DNA of 64,000 nucleotides from sequence record MN871447.1; one strand, written 5' to 3'. The notes under the pieces were generated by a model. It saw only the letters and a program-made list of their open reading frames with translations. It was not told where the DNA came from and did not search any database. This document shows positions 9,734 through 20,143 of this stretch, one piece after another. How positions within the stretch are numbered: the stretch's first letter is position 1; each line of letters opens with the position of its first letter. The position numbers and the translations under genes were made by a program.

Positions 9734-9755
9734 AAAAGGCGGTGACCCGCCTTTT
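9734..9755 (-). terminator. Intrinsic terminator hairpin
   Basis: aaaaggcgg-tgac-ccgcctttt; minus strand continues TTTTTTGT-TATG. Confidence 0.75.
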
Positions 9756-9771
9756 CCGTAACACAATCTTT

Positions 9772-12216
9772 TTATTCGAAAGGCAATAAAACCGACGTCG
9801 GGAAAAACTCATTAAGTAACAGCGGCTCAGTGAACCCCAAGAGTCTATCTGGCATAACTTGCCACAACTGAACACGCGGGATCTTCCTTACCCATATACC
9901 GTCGAGAGTCGTTTCCCCTAAAACAATCTCAGGATCACGTTCGATCTTTTTCACCCAGAGACCGTCCAGATTTCGAACGAGGACTTCCGTTTGAAGCAGG
10001 TCGTCGGCTTCTGGTGGGTAAACCCAAAGACCGGGGAGCGCCAATGTTTTAATGATGTCGTCAAGAGGACGGTAATCGACGTGGTACAGCCACAACCCAT
10101 TGAGTTCGGTGTTCTTCACGTCAATAGTGATATCTTCTGTCAGACTTCCTTTAAAGCGTACCTCGGCAATCGGGATTCGATGAATCGTTTTGATCGCTGT
10201 ATCGCAAAGTAATCCGATACCCCAATCCAGTCGGTAATAGTAGTTAGCGTAGATCTCTTTAACGTTGAGATCAACCGCTTTAAACGGCGGGAGCACCGTA
10301 CTACTTTTTCCTTTCTGTTTTTGGTCAATGACCTCTACACGCGAAGGCAGCTGAACTTTACCGTACCCCTTACTTTCCACTTTACCGTAACGGACCGCCA
10401 GGTTGTCTAAAACAATACCTGGAGCAGCGATCGTTTTGTGGACGTACTGAACGCCGTAAGAAGAAAGTTGAGTCATGATCCCGATCATTGCGCTGTGAAT
10501 ATCCGAGATACTGATTGTCGACCGGAGATCTGAACCTGTCGCAATAGTGAATATACTCAGTGCAAAATCTGACCATTCCTGCGGGGTTGACATGGACAAT
10601 GTCCAGTTCTTTTCTTTAAACCACGTCGCGTATGTTGTCGGTTGATCGACCAGTGTACAAGGTTCGTCACAATAGAATTTCCGACAGAGGACTTCCCACT
10701 CACCACGTTGGTAAAGATCTTCCATTGACGTATACATCATCCGGTGGGCTGACAAGTTCCCTTGTATAGCGACTGCCGTGGAATAAAAGGCTTCCGTAGA
10801 GATGATCGTACTTACTGAGGTCGTCTCTGTCATTGCCACTTGTATCCCGAGTTCTGTCACGTACGTTTTCTGCGTTGCTTTACGCAGCTCTGAGAACGTT
10901 GGACTTGGAATACGTTGCGCGAAGAAAGCGGTCAGTTTAGGAATGTCCGTGAGCGTTATTTCAAACTGCTGCATCACCGCGTAGACCCAAAGTACCAATG
11001 CCTCCTTCACTGACATTGACATCGCTTCCTGCGAAATAGGGTCAGTTAAGATAATATTGGCAGTGTACTTCCCGTGAGAGGCGAGGTAGATCCATTCCGT
11101 TAATAACGTATCGGTCAGCTTCCGCGGCATGGCATCAGACTGGTCGACCATAACCGATTCGAGTACTTTCGTGGGGAGTATGTTGGTGATCGCGTTTTTA
11201 ACCATATCCGGCACGGTAGATTTTTGCGTCTCAAGATAATCGGCATTATCTTTTGCAGAGTCGACTTCATTCTCTAACGCGTCTTCGATCGTGATATACT
11301 GAATACCGCTGACAGATTCAGCCAAGGTATTCTGCGGGATCTTAGCCACGGTACCAGTGCTGTAAATCCCTTCGCCGATACTTGACGTATCTTGTTGTAA
11401 TTCGTACGCGGTGAGCGGGATACGTCGCTCCGTCAGGATATTCGCGATAAGATCAACAAAGGTACTGGTTTTCCCGGCGTGCGCCTCGATGTATTCAATG
11501 TTACGGTACAGATACAGCGCCTGTTTGAGACTCGTGTAGTCTTTGAATTTATTGAGTCGGCCATGCGACCCCAGATAACACCAAAGATGATAACTGTGCA
11601 CTTGGGGCGTTCTTACGTACCGATTTCGGATATTAATAATTTCGCCAGGAAGGTGAGAAAACATTAAACCAAAAAAGGTCGCCGGATATTGCAGTTGTAC
11701 ACGAGCAGGGAGCGGCATGTACCAGCGGTTGGTAAAATTATTAATCCACTCTTGCAGGTCGCTGATTAAATACACCTCTTGTGACTCAACGTGCTCTGAA
11801 TCGTAATAGAGGATTTCCCAACTCTTCGCGCTCAGAATCGTCTCCATGGGAACCGGGTTGAGAATCCCACGTATCAGCGTTTCTTGATTAGGGTAACGGG
11901 AGAGCAGATTCTGATAATAACTTGTCCCGTACGCGTAGGCTTTACGCGTGGCGCGGTGTAATAGTAAGTTATCATATGTGAACTCGATCGTCTCGAGTGT
12001 ATCTAAAGAAACAACCGTCATTGGGGTATCGCTGGCATGGTATTGTCCTGCCAGATTCATATAGTACGCCCATGTGCTAGGTGCACTTGGGTCGACGTTA
12101 TACCCGATAAGTGAAAGGTATTCGTTACGCATCGTGGCGGCGGCAGGAAATTTAATCGTCAATGTCTGTGCCAATGCCATAACGCTATCTAAATATAACT
12201 TCTGCGTGGTATCCAC
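9772..12216 (-). CDS. Baseplate wedge-like virion protein
   Basis: 814-aa ORF divergent from portal (arrangement recalled for phiKZ-like phages); W.YYMNLAGQYH, LYLYRNIEYI...AGK motifs; C-terminal L[ND]GLW repeats. Confidence 0.6.
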   Translation of the reverse strand: MDTTQKLYLDSVMALAQTLTIKFPAAATMRNEYLSLIGYNVDPSAPSTWAYYMNLAGQYHASDTPMTVVSLDTLETIEFTYDNLLLHRATRKAYAYGTSYYQNLLSRYPNQETLIRGILNPVPMETILSAKSWEILYYDSEHVESQEVYLISDLQEWINNFTNRWYMPLPARVQLQYPATFFGLMFSHLPGEIINIRNRYVRTPQVHSYHLWCYLGSHGRLNKFKDYTSLKQALYLYRNIEYIEAHAGKTSTFVDLIANILTERRIPLTAYELQQDTSSIGEGIYSTGTVAKIPQNTLAESVSGIQYITIEDALENEVDSAKDNADYLETQKSTVPDMVKNAITNILPTKVLESVMVDQSDAMPRKLTDTLLTEWIYLASHGKYTANIILTDPISQEAMSMSVKEALVLWVYAVMQQFEITLTDIPKLTAFFAQRIPSPTFSELRKATQKTYVTELGIQVAMTETTSVSTIISTEAFYSTAVAIQGNLSAHRMMYTSMEDLYQRGEWEVLCRKFYCDEPCTLVDQPTTYATWFKEKNWTLSMSTPQEWSDFALSIFTIATGSDLRSTISISDIHSAMIGIMTQLSSYGVQYVHKTIAAPGIVLDNLAVRYGKVESKGYGKVQLPSRVEVIDQKQKGKSSTVLPPFKAVDLNVKEIYANYYYRLDWGIGLLCDTAIKTIHRIPIAEVRFKGSLTEDITIDVKNTELNGLWLYHVDYRPLDDIIKTLALPGLWVYPPEADDLLQTEVLVRNLDGLWVKKIERDPEIVLGETTLDGIWVRKIPRVQLWQVMPDRLLGFTEPLLLNEFFPTSVLLPFE

Positions 12217-12280
12217 CGAGCAGTCTCCTCAATAGAACAATCGATTCCCCTTTTCAGAGTGAGAGAAGGATTCTGAATTT

Positions 12281-15076
12281 ATGAATAGTTACGAAAAGAA
12301 AACGGTGAATCCTACCGGGATCAAAGTTTCCAGTCGTCCACAGGATTGGCTCCAACGCACCCCTTCGGCTACGGCAATTATGTCGAAACTGGTTCAGGAT
12401 GCGGTACATCGTACGACTACACCTGGAAATGGTGTCGATGTTCCCGACCCAACGATTTTCGACCGTCTCGTCAGTCGTCGCGCCAGAAAGAACCTGGACG
12501 CAGAAACAATCATCTCTTTAGCGCCCGACATTAAATTGATTAAACAGATGATTGTTTCCACTACCCTTTCTCCGGTCGATATGACCCAAGGAGAGTTAGG
12601 ATTTAAAACCGAGGCGTCAGAGATCCCGCCAAGCGTCCTCAATCAAGTCACAGAGGTCATACGGGATCATTTTGAGTCATACTACCCCTTACGCGATAAA
12701 CTCCCTGAGATCATCGGAGAGGCGTTATTTGAAACAGGTGCGTGGGTCGGTGTAATTGTCCCGGAAGCTGTTATCGATGACATCATCAACCTTCGCGAAG
12801 TCGGCAGTTATCTGGCCACGGAAAGTTTCAATGAGAAACTGAAAACGCATTTCGTTGACGGAACCTTAAAGTCTGTCGGGATCTTAGGTGACCCAGGAAT
12901 TACCGATCAGGAAATCCGTGATGCGAATAAAGGTAAAAAGAACATTCGCAGTAGTGCACCGGCACCGTCTTTAGAAAGCATGTTCTCCATGCCGGTTATG
13001 AACCCTAATCAGGTTCGTATTAATGACAGTGCCACCATCACCGATAACCTCGGAATTATGGGTTTGAGCCATATCCGTAACCAGATTAATGAAGAGCGTT
13101 TGAGAAACAAATACCGCTACGGACGTAGCGGAGCAGGGATGGAGGCGTACCGGTCAAGAAACGGTCATAACAACGTCTCGACGGTCGCGAGAACGCTTTA
13201 CAACTCACGGTCTGGTCAAACTAGCGTTAACCCTGTTAAAGTCATTCCTGCGGCCTCAGAAGCCAGCAGAAGCAGTATTGGTCATCCGCTGGTCATTAAG
13301 TGTCCCTCAGAATCGGTGATTCCGTGTTACCCGAAAGGCGATGAGCGAAACCACATCGGTTACGTCATTGTCCTGGATGAGCTGGGTAACCCGATCAACT
13401 TAACCGATGAACTGAACCAGGCAGCCACTAATGGTCAGATCGGTACAATGGGTGCTCAGCAACAACTGGACATGACCTCCAGTTTGATCCAGCAAACCCG
13501 CATTGCGCAGAACGGTATCTGTATGGATACCGACAAAATGGCGGCGGAAGAACGTATTCGCGTCTATAACCAGGTCTTAGAGGAAAACATCCTCAACCGT
13601 ATTAAAAACGGTTTGATCGGTCGTAACGTGAAGATGGCCTGGAACGAAGATATCATGCGTATCATGATGTTCCGTCAGTTTGCGAACCAACGTACTAACC
13701 TCGTCTTTGTCCCTGCTGAACAAGTCGCGTATTTCGCTTACGACTACGACAGTAACGGGATGGGGAAATCGTTGCTTGATGACATCAAACAGGTCTCTGC
13801 ACTGCGAGCCATGACCACCTTCGCTAACTTTATGGCGGGCGTGAAGAATGCGGTAGGACGAACCAAAGTAACGATGAACATCGACCCGCGTACACCTGAC
13901 CCCGAGAAAGCTTATGCGATCTTGATTGATGAGTATCAACGAATGACCAGCACCGTTACTCCTACGGATGTCAGTTCTTCGGCGGAAATGTTCCGCGTAC
14001 TCAGAATGATGGGGACGACGATTGAAGTACAGGGTAACCCACGTATCCCGAATACTACTGTGGACATTAATGAGTACCAATCTCAGAAACAGATCATTGA
14101 TGAGAACTTTACCAATGATCTTCGTCGTCAACAGTATATGGGTCTCTTTGTTACACCGGCGATGGTGGACATGACTGACGAGGCAGACTTTGCTATCACC
14201 CGTTGGACGTCTAACCAGCTCTACGCTAAACGTATCATGATGATTCAAGACGACACCTGTAAGCACGGGAAGAAGCTCGTCAGATCATACGTGAACTCGG
14301 ACGGTGTTTTAATCGGGCGTATTCAGAAGATCTTTGCCGAGAACAACGATAAACTCCCTGAAGAATATCGTCTCGATAAAGAAAGTCATATCCCGGAAGA
14401 TTTAAAATACCTCGATGCGATCGACGCTTATTTTGACGCATTCTACCTTGAGTTACCTCGTCCGGAAAATAACCGGATTGAGAAACAAAAAGAAGAATTC
14501 GACAAAGTGAAAGATATGATTGACGACATTGTCGACTGTTATATCTCAAGCGAACTTCTGGGGGCATTTGCACCGGAAGATCAATCTAAGATCGATATGC
14601 TCAGGGCACACATGACAGCGTACCTGAAACGCGACTGGTTACAGAGTCAAGGCTTCGATATGGGCTTTGTGAAAATCCTGTCGCCGGTCACGGAAGAAGA
14701 TCCGTCGCTGGATATGATCAAAGTCTTTACTACCGACATTGTCAATATGCTGCATAACTTTGGCGATTTCAGCTCGGCATTGGCGGCCACCCGTGACGCG
14801 TTACTGAAACGGATGGAAGTAGAGAACCCGAAACAGCATGAGATCCTTACAGCCAATAATGACGCTGGCGGCGGTTGGGACAATGGCAGTTCCGGAAACG
14901 ATTGGGACAACAACGATTCCGGTGGTGGCGACGCCTTTGGCGGTGGCGACTTCGGTTCCTTCGAAGATACCGAGGAAGATCCTTTCGCCACGGACGAGTT
15001 AGAAGGAGGAGAAACTTCCACTGAAGAGGAAGCAGATCCTTTCGCTACACCAGAAGAAACAAACGGACCTGAATAA
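12281..15076 (+). CDS. Portal protein (phiKZ gp129 / SPN3US gp81-like)
   Basis: 931 aa; size, position near the MCP and motifs (ALFETGA, IKCPSESVIP, IGYVIVLDELGNP, YFAYDY...G.GKSLL, acidic tail) match recalled family; [AS]xE maturation sites ATES, SLES, GMEA. Confidence 0.75.
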   Translation: MNSYEKKTVNPTGIKVSSRPQDWLQRTPSATAIMSKLVQDAVHRTTTPGNGVDVPDPTIFDRLVSRRARKNLDAETIISLAPDIKLIKQMIVSTTLSPVDMTQGELGFKTEASEIPPSVLNQVTEVIRDHFESYYPLRDKLPEIIGEALFETGAWVGVIVPEAVIDDIINLREVGSYLATESFNEKLKTHFVDGTLKSVGILGDPGITDQEIRDANKGKKNIRSSAPAPSLESMFSMPVMNPNQVRINDSATITDNLGIMGLSHIRNQINEERLRNKYRYGRSGAGMEAYRSRNGHNNVSTVARTLYNSRSGQTSVNPVKVIPAASEASRSSIGHPLVIKCPSESVIPCYPKGDERNHIGYVIVLDELGNPINLTDELNQAATNGQIGTMGAQQQLDMTSSLIQQTRIAQNGICMDTDKMAAEERIRVYNQVLEENILNRIKNGLIGRNVKMAWNEDIMRIMMFRQFANQRTNLVFVPAEQVAYFAYDYDSNGMGKSLLDDIKQVSALRAMTTFANFMAGVKNAVGRTKVTMNIDPRTPDPEKAYAILIDEYQRMTSTVTPTDVSSSAEMFRVLRMMGTTIEVQGNPRIPNTTVDINEYQSQKQIIDENFTNDLRRQQYMGLFVTPAMVDMTDEADFAITRWTSNQLYAKRIMMIQDDTCKHGKKLVRSYVNSDGVLIGRIQKIFAENNDKLPEEYRLDKESHIPEDLKYLDAIDAYFDAFYLELPRPENNRIEKQKEEFDKVKDMIDDIVDCYISSELLGAFAPEDQSKIDMLRAHMTAYLKRDWLQSQGFDMGFVKILSPVTEEDPSLDMIKVFTTDIVNMLHNFGDFSSALAATRDALLKRMEVENPKQHEILTANNDAGGGWDNGSSGNDWDNNDSGGGDAFGGGDFGSFEDTEEDPFATDELEGGETSTEEEADPFATPEETNGPE

Positions 15077-15136
15077 AAAAAGAGGGCACAAACCCTCTTC
15101 CCTCCCACAGAGAGCGAAAGCTCTCTGTGGGAGGGT
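15077..15136. terminator. Double hairpin, bidirectional terminator between convergent genes
   Basis: aagaggg-cacaaa-ccctctt preceded by an A-run, then ccctcccacagagagc-gaaa-gctctctgtgggaggg (16-bp stem). Confidence 0.85.
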
Positions 15137-15145
15137 TATTACCGA

Positions 15146-17365
15146 TTAGTCTTGACGACGCAGAGCCAGTACAAAGCTATCGGATTTAGCATCCTGATAA
15201 TCTTTGCGGACTTCTAACCAGCTGTTATCGGCGAACCAGATATAGTTCAGGCACGCGATATCGCTACCGGCATTAAAGTTCATGGCTTTCAGCGCGTTAT
15301 GCAGTTTAGGTGAGGTTTCTTGGGACACGAAGAAGATTTCACCCGGCTGAGCATCAGCACTGATTCTCAGTTTCAGGTCGTTAACCAGCATCGGGGCGAT
15401 AACCATATTGATACGTTTTACCACATAGATGGTACGCGCATCGGTGGTTTCGTTGACACCGGCACCAATAATCCCTGAACCCAATTTAAACATCTGGAAG
15501 TTAGCCAGGTGGAACGAGAACGCGCCAGCCAGTTTCTTCGCAAACTCAGCGCCACGTGCTTTAGTGACGTCATCCGCCAACGTCGCCAGATCTTCAAAGC
15601 TTTCAATGCGCAGACCGCAACCCATTTCCAGACGGAAGATAGAGTTCACCAGTTCGACGATATGGCGTTTCGCAGCCACTACCAGCGCAACAGGAACACG
15701 ATCGATGACACGCTTCAGGTTATCGTGGATATCCTGAATATAGCTCAGTTCAATATTGTCATTGAAGTTGAGACCCGTCATCTCCAGTTGACGCAGCGTG
15801 AACCGTGCTTCTTCCGGCGTAGCGCAAGTGTAAATCGGCTCGTAGGATTCCGCGGCGGTTTGGAACGCATTGAAGTTGGTGTGCAGGTGACCGTTCTGAT
15901 CGTTGGTCATTTCTTCGGTACGAGACATTTCCTGCATACGGATATGACCCAGACCGAACCCCTTCACCGTTTCATCTGAACGGAGAATATTCTCGAACGA
16001 GATTGTTCCCGCGTTCGGGGCTTCAGGAACCACTTTCTGTTCTTCCGGCGGCAGTGCGCTGTTTTCTTCCTTGATACTGGCAACCACGGCTTCGTACTCC
16101 TGACGGTCCTGGTCACGAAGTTCGCGGTTAGCTTTCACGTTAAAACGTGGGCCGGCGATCGCTTTACGGATCTCGGCGTTTTTCGGGTGATAACGATTAT
16201 CGGCTTCTTTTGCGCCGATGACGTTCAGTTCGTGAATTTTACGATCCACTTCTTTTACCTCTTCAGCGGTTAACGGTTCAAACGCCATGTAACGATAACC
16301 GTCACTGGTGATGTCCCATACAGGGCGAACAGAGTCCACTTCCCATGCGATTGGACGGTGGTTATTCACTTCGTTCGGATGGAGCGGGATAGACATGACC
16401 ACTTCGTAATCGTCTAATTTGATCAGACCCGATTCAATGTCTTCACGGGTAATAGGACGATTCGCTAAGCGGTTACCTTTTGACGAGTAACCCGGTGCAG
16501 GTTCAGCCGGCGCGGCTTTCTTTTTACTGAATGAAGCGGGACGAGTGACTTCATGCGGTTCTACTCGCTCGTACGCCGGCGCGGCGTTCGCGGTGCGTGG
16601 GTCTGGCATTTCGAAATCGTCACGTTCGTCACGATTCACTTCATTCCCGTTTGCTTGTTCGCGCATACGGGCGGTGGCGACATACGGGTTAACACGACGA
16701 CGATTGTTACGGGCAGCATTAATATCTACCGCAGGTTCCCGACGAGAGTCAGCACGACCACGAGTAGGGATAGCGCTTTCGTAACGGCCTGGACGAGAAC
16801 CGAAACCACCGGAATTCCGTCCACGATCATCGCGATCTTCGTAACGACCTCTGCGTTCATCACGACCACGGCCTTCATAACGCCCACGACGCTCTTCTTC
16901 GCGCCCACGGCCGAAGCCGCCACTGCTACGACCAAAACCACCACGGCGGTCGTCGCGTCCACGGTCACCAAAGCGGCGACCACGATCAGCTTCTTCCGCA
17001 TACTCTTCCAGTGCACGACGCAGTTTATTAGCATTGTCAGCCAAAAACAGCATGTCGTCTTCTGTACGGCGATCGGGGATATCGACACTACGGTCTTCTT
17101 TGATCAGCGCCCCGGCAAAAAATGAGGCGAGTTCAATTGCTCCTTCCCAAAGGTCATCTGGTTCTTTACGGAGGTCAACTAACATTTCCATGGAGTCGAA
17201 AACGAAGTTGATTAAGTTTTCACGGGTCTGACGACTGCGACGAATCGCATCGTCAAGGTATTCGAAGAACGGATCGTCACGGGACAGTTCGCTGATGCGT
17301 TCATCCAGGAAAGCAGCCAGGTTGCGATCGTTAAAATCCATCTCATTACGACGACGGTTATACAT
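15146..17365 (-). CDS. Hypothetical protein with RG/RGG-rich disordered region
   Basis: 739-aa ORF with AGGAG SD; residues about 125-210 are R/G/D/E/F/Y low complexity; same operon as the nvRNAP subunit. Confidence 0.7.
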   Translation of the reverse strand: MYNRRRNEMDFNDRNLAAFLDERISELSRDDPFFEYLDDAIRRSRQTRENLINFVFDSMEMLVDLRKEPDDLWEGAIELASFFAGALIKEDRSVDIPDRRTEDDMLFLADNANKLRRALEEYAEEADRGRRFGDRGRDDRRGGFGRSSGGFGRGREEERRGRYEGRGRDERRGRYEDRDDRGRNSGGFGSRPGRYESAIPTRGRADSRREPAVDINAARNNRRRVNPYVATARMREQANGNEVNRDERDDFEMPDPRTANAAPAYERVEPHEVTRPASFSKKKAAPAEPAPGYSSKGNRLANRPITREDIESGLIKLDDYEVVMSIPLHPNEVNNHRPIAWEVDSVRPVWDITSDGYRYMAFEPLTAEEVKEVDRKIHELNVIGAKEADNRYHPKNAEIRKAIAGPRFNVKANRELRDQDRQEYEAVVASIKEENSALPPEEQKVVPEAPNAGTISFENILRSDETVKGFGLGHIRMQEMSRTEEMTNDQNGHLHTNFNAFQTAAESYEPIYTCATPEEARFTLRQLEMTGLNFNDNIELSYIQDIHDNLKRVIDRVPVALVVAAKRHIVELVNSIFRLEMGCGLRIESFEDLATLADDVTKARGAEFAKKLAGAFSFHLANFQMFKLGSGIIGAGVNETTDARTIYVVKRINMVIAPMLVNDLKLRISADAQPGEIFFVSQETSPKLHNALKAMNFNAGSDIACLNYIWFADNSWLEVRKDYQDAKSDSFVLALRRQD

Positions 17366-17407
17366 GTAGAATTACTCCTGCGAGATTAGTTAATTATTTA
17401 AAATGGT

Positions 17408-19024
17408 TTATTCGGTAATTTCCCGCTGTACCATATCGAGGAGTTCAATGTTTTTCGGATTACGAATAAATTTCCCGGCGTCGTCGGTGTGGGCGTAAAC
17501 GTTTAGACGTCCACGGCCGTCGGGGATACCTTTCGCAAAGTTGCACACTGAACCACATTCCATGATACTTGAATGCAGGTGGTAAGCCGTTTCGTTAGGT
17601 TTGAAACTTTTTGTCTTACCTTTACCGATAACAGCATTGACTTGACGGATAGCGATACATGTATGTTTGAAAATCATGTTATCGCCTGGGTACTGAACAG
17701 AGTTAAGTTCGCCGTGTCCCCGTTGGATACCGAGGAATGCGTTAGTGGTTAGGAAACTGGACAGCTTCCATGTTAACCGCTTCAGTCGCAGCGTTTTCTG
17801 TTCTTTTTCTAACTGCCAGGTAAAGTTAAAGATACTCTCCGTGATGCCCGATAACGCATACCGTTTCACCAGGAGATATTTCCCCCACATGTTACCCGAA
17901 TTATCGTCTTTCAGTCGATCCTGGATTGTCTCAAGGATATGGATAAACAACTCGTAAAGGTCATTGGCCATGATCCCTTCTTGACGAAGGTTTTTCTTCG
18001 TCTCGCCATCAACGTAAGAGTCGAGCGACTTAAGATGGAGATCAACCTTGTTGAGCAGTTTCCCTTCGTTCTCGTTCCCCTGATGCAGAATAAAGCCCAT
18101 GATAATGCGCCACGTGTCTGGCATATCGATGTACTGCAAATTGAAGCGTTGCGGGTAACGATCGACGACGTAGAAGAAATGCGTCGCCAGTAACTGAACA
18201 CCGATATTGTTCAACACCGCTTCACGCGGAATGATCAACGCCAGGTTCGTGGGTTTCCAATCGCTGATAGCGCGGCGGCGTTCCGGCGGCGGTAACCCTT
18301 GCGTGGTAAAGATCACGTAGTCTTGTTCTGGGTAATCCTCACGTAAGTTGTGGCGGTTCTCTTCGATCACGACGTCAATGTCGTAGAAACGTTTAAAGGT
18401 TTCCGTTACGCCATACTTACAGAACAGGTAATGACCCAGCGTCGAGTTAAACGACGATTTCTTCCCTTCGTTCCCTGTTTTACCTTGATAGATATTTCCG
18501 TAGACTACAAAGGACGGGATTGATTCGCCGTCTTGTAGGACACTGTAAATACTCCGTTTCAAGGTGAACTTCGCTCGGAAGAGGATTGTGAACAAATCAT
18601 TCCCGGCGACCGAGAAAACCAAATCCGCCAGGATCGGATGAATTGTTGCACGTGAGCCGCCTAACCATAACGTCCCTGCTTCCCTGACAAACGGAATATT
18701 GATGTTCCGTGGTAGGATGTGGATTTTCTGAAAACGCAGTTTCATTTCCGACATCACCGCGTCAGTTTGCGCAATATCAACTTCCCCACGACGTTCCGCC
18801 TTTTCATTCCCTTTAATGATCGCCTGAGACTCTTCGTAGGGCGTCAGTCTACGCATCCCCAGGTATTCGACATCGGGAGGAAAGTCCTGTGCCGCACAAT
18901 GCGCAATTCGATCGATATACTGTTCGGCATCCTCTAAATCCTTAACAGCAAATCCACCGGCAATGTCTTTGTTGAACTTGGGTAACGGTTCAACAATGTC
19001 ATTAAACAATGCTATATCAGCCAC
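17408..19024 (-). CDS. Non-virion RNA polymerase beta N-terminal subunit (phiKZ gp123-like)
   Basis: GTG start with AAGGA SD; IPFV..AGTLWLGG (beta region A-like), HSSIMECGS...GRGRLNVY (GRICP-like); position next to MCP as recalled for the family. Confidence 0.75.
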   Translation of the reverse strand: MADIALFNDIVEPLPKFNKDIAGGFAVKDLEDAEQYIDRIAHCAAQDFPPDVEYLGMRRLTPYEESQAIIKGNEKAERRGEVDIAQTDAVMSEMKLRFQKIHILPRNINIPFVREAGTLWLGGSRATIHPILADLVFSVAGNDLFTILFRAKFTLKRSIYSVLQDGESIPSFVVYGNIYQGKTGNEGKKSSFNSTLGHYLFCKYGVTETFKRFYDIDVVIEENRHNLREDYPEQDYVIFTTQGLPPPERRRAISDWKPTNLALIIPREAVLNNIGVQLLATHFFYVVDRYPQRFNLQYIDMPDTWRIIMGFILHQGNENEGKLLNKVDLHLKSLDSYVDGETKKNLRQEGIMANDLYELFIHILETIQDRLKDDNSGNMWGKYLLVKRYALSGITESIFNFTWQLEKEQKTLRLKRLTWKLSSFLTTNAFLGIQRGHGELNSVQYPGDNMIFKHTCIAIRQVNAVIGKGKTKSFKPNETAYHLHSSIMECGSVCNFAKGIPDGRGRLNVYAHTDDAGKFIRNPKNIELLDMVQREITE

Positions 19025-19047
19025 ACATGCATCCTTATTTCAATCAA

Positions 19048-20046
19048 CTATAACACAACCGCGGCCGCGGTCGCACCCAACACCGCCTTCTTCGTCAAGA
19101 AAGACAGTAACCATTTTCCGGCTTTCATCATAGTCGGTAGAATGGATTTAATAAATTCTCCGCCGGCTTTAATCCAGGCTGAGACCACTTTCGCTTTCTT
19201 CTCTTTATCTTCGCTTTGCTTCCCTTCCTTTAACGACGCCTTTTCCATCTCAAGTTCTTTCAAAGCTGCTTCTCGGGACGTATGGAACTTAATCCCTAAC
19301 GGATTGTTTCCCGATATTGCATCTTCGAAAGAAAAGAAGCTTTTGGTCGCTAATAAGCGAAGTCCCTCCTTAATTTTGCCGTAGTTTTGAACAGTGACGC
19401 CATCGGGCTCGTTAGACGCACGAGAGATATTGACTTTCAATACCTGGTTACCGATGGTATAATAAAGCCCTTCGACAAATCGTTCTTTGTCGACAGCACT
19501 CACGACAATACCTGACACCTTACTGATTTTACACCCGATATCATCCTGGACAATATCGTGAATGGTTTCTTCACGATCAACCAATGACGCTTTAGAAATC
19601 CGCATCCCTAAACCCGGGACGCTAATCTCCGACCCTAACGTATCGAAATCGCTTTCGTCTATCAAGAACACCATACGGTATTTGTAATGGTTTCTCGAAC
19701 AACGTAGGTCCTCGTCAAAGTGCACCATGCAGTTACCTTTGACAGCATCATAAAGGCCGAAGCTCGCCTCAGCATAATTATTCTTCGGGTCGTCAATATT
19801 GACCGTATCAGTGCAATAGAGTACGGTAAGGTGGATGATCAAATACCCACGTAACTTTGCCGTTCCGTGAGAAAATACAACATTGTCAGTCCCATCGGAT
19901 TTCTGTACAGCAAGATCGTACCGATAGTTGTTAGTGATCTCCATGGTAACGGATAAATCACAATTCCCTGTACGGTAATCATTTGCCATCACTAGAAACT
20001 CATGGGGCATCTTTTCTTTTCGAGGATTATCTCTCTTATAGACCAT
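19048..20046 (-). CDS. Hypothetical protein, early-expressed
   Basis: 332-aa ORF directly downstream of TATATTAC; C-terminal amphipathic/hydrophobic tail. Confidence 0.65.
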   Translation of the reverse strand: MVYKRDNPRKEKMPHEFLVMANDYRTGNCDLSVTMEITNNYRYDLAVQKSDGTDNVVFSHGTAKLRGYLIIHLTVLYCTDTVNIDDPKNNYAEASFGLYDAVKGNCMVHFDEDLRCSRNHYKYRMVFLIDESDFDTLGSEISVPGLGMRISKASLVDREETIHDIVQDDIGCKISKVSGIVVSAVDKERFVEGLYYTIGNQVLKVNISRASNEPDGVTVQNYGKIKEGLRLLATKSFFSFEDAISGNNPLGIKFHTSREAALKELEMEKASLKEGKQSEDKEKKAKVVSAWIKAGGEFIKSILPTMMKAGKWLLSFLTKKAVLGATAAAVVL

Positions 20047-20135
20047 CCGTACTTCCTGTTAGTGAATTGAAATGGAACTTTCGTTCCGGTCAGTTTGGAT
20101 CTTTCTCAAGGATCCTTCTATACACTCTCAATAAG

Positions 20136-20143
20136 GTAATATA
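20136..20143 (-). promoter_or_regulatory. phiKZ-type early (vRNAP) promoter core TATATTAC
   Basis: Minus strand reads ...cagaccTATATTACcttatt..., an exact match to the published phiKZ early consensus core, upstream of the nvRNAP-subunit operon. Confidence 0.7.

Noticed and set aside
13577-14266. 229-aa minus-strand ORF inside the portal gene
   Set aside because: Antisense to a well-supported gene; His/Val-rich composition typical of shadow frames
16553-17125. 190-aa Thr-rich plus-strand ORF
   Set aside because: Antisense shadow of the CGT/GGT-rich RGG region
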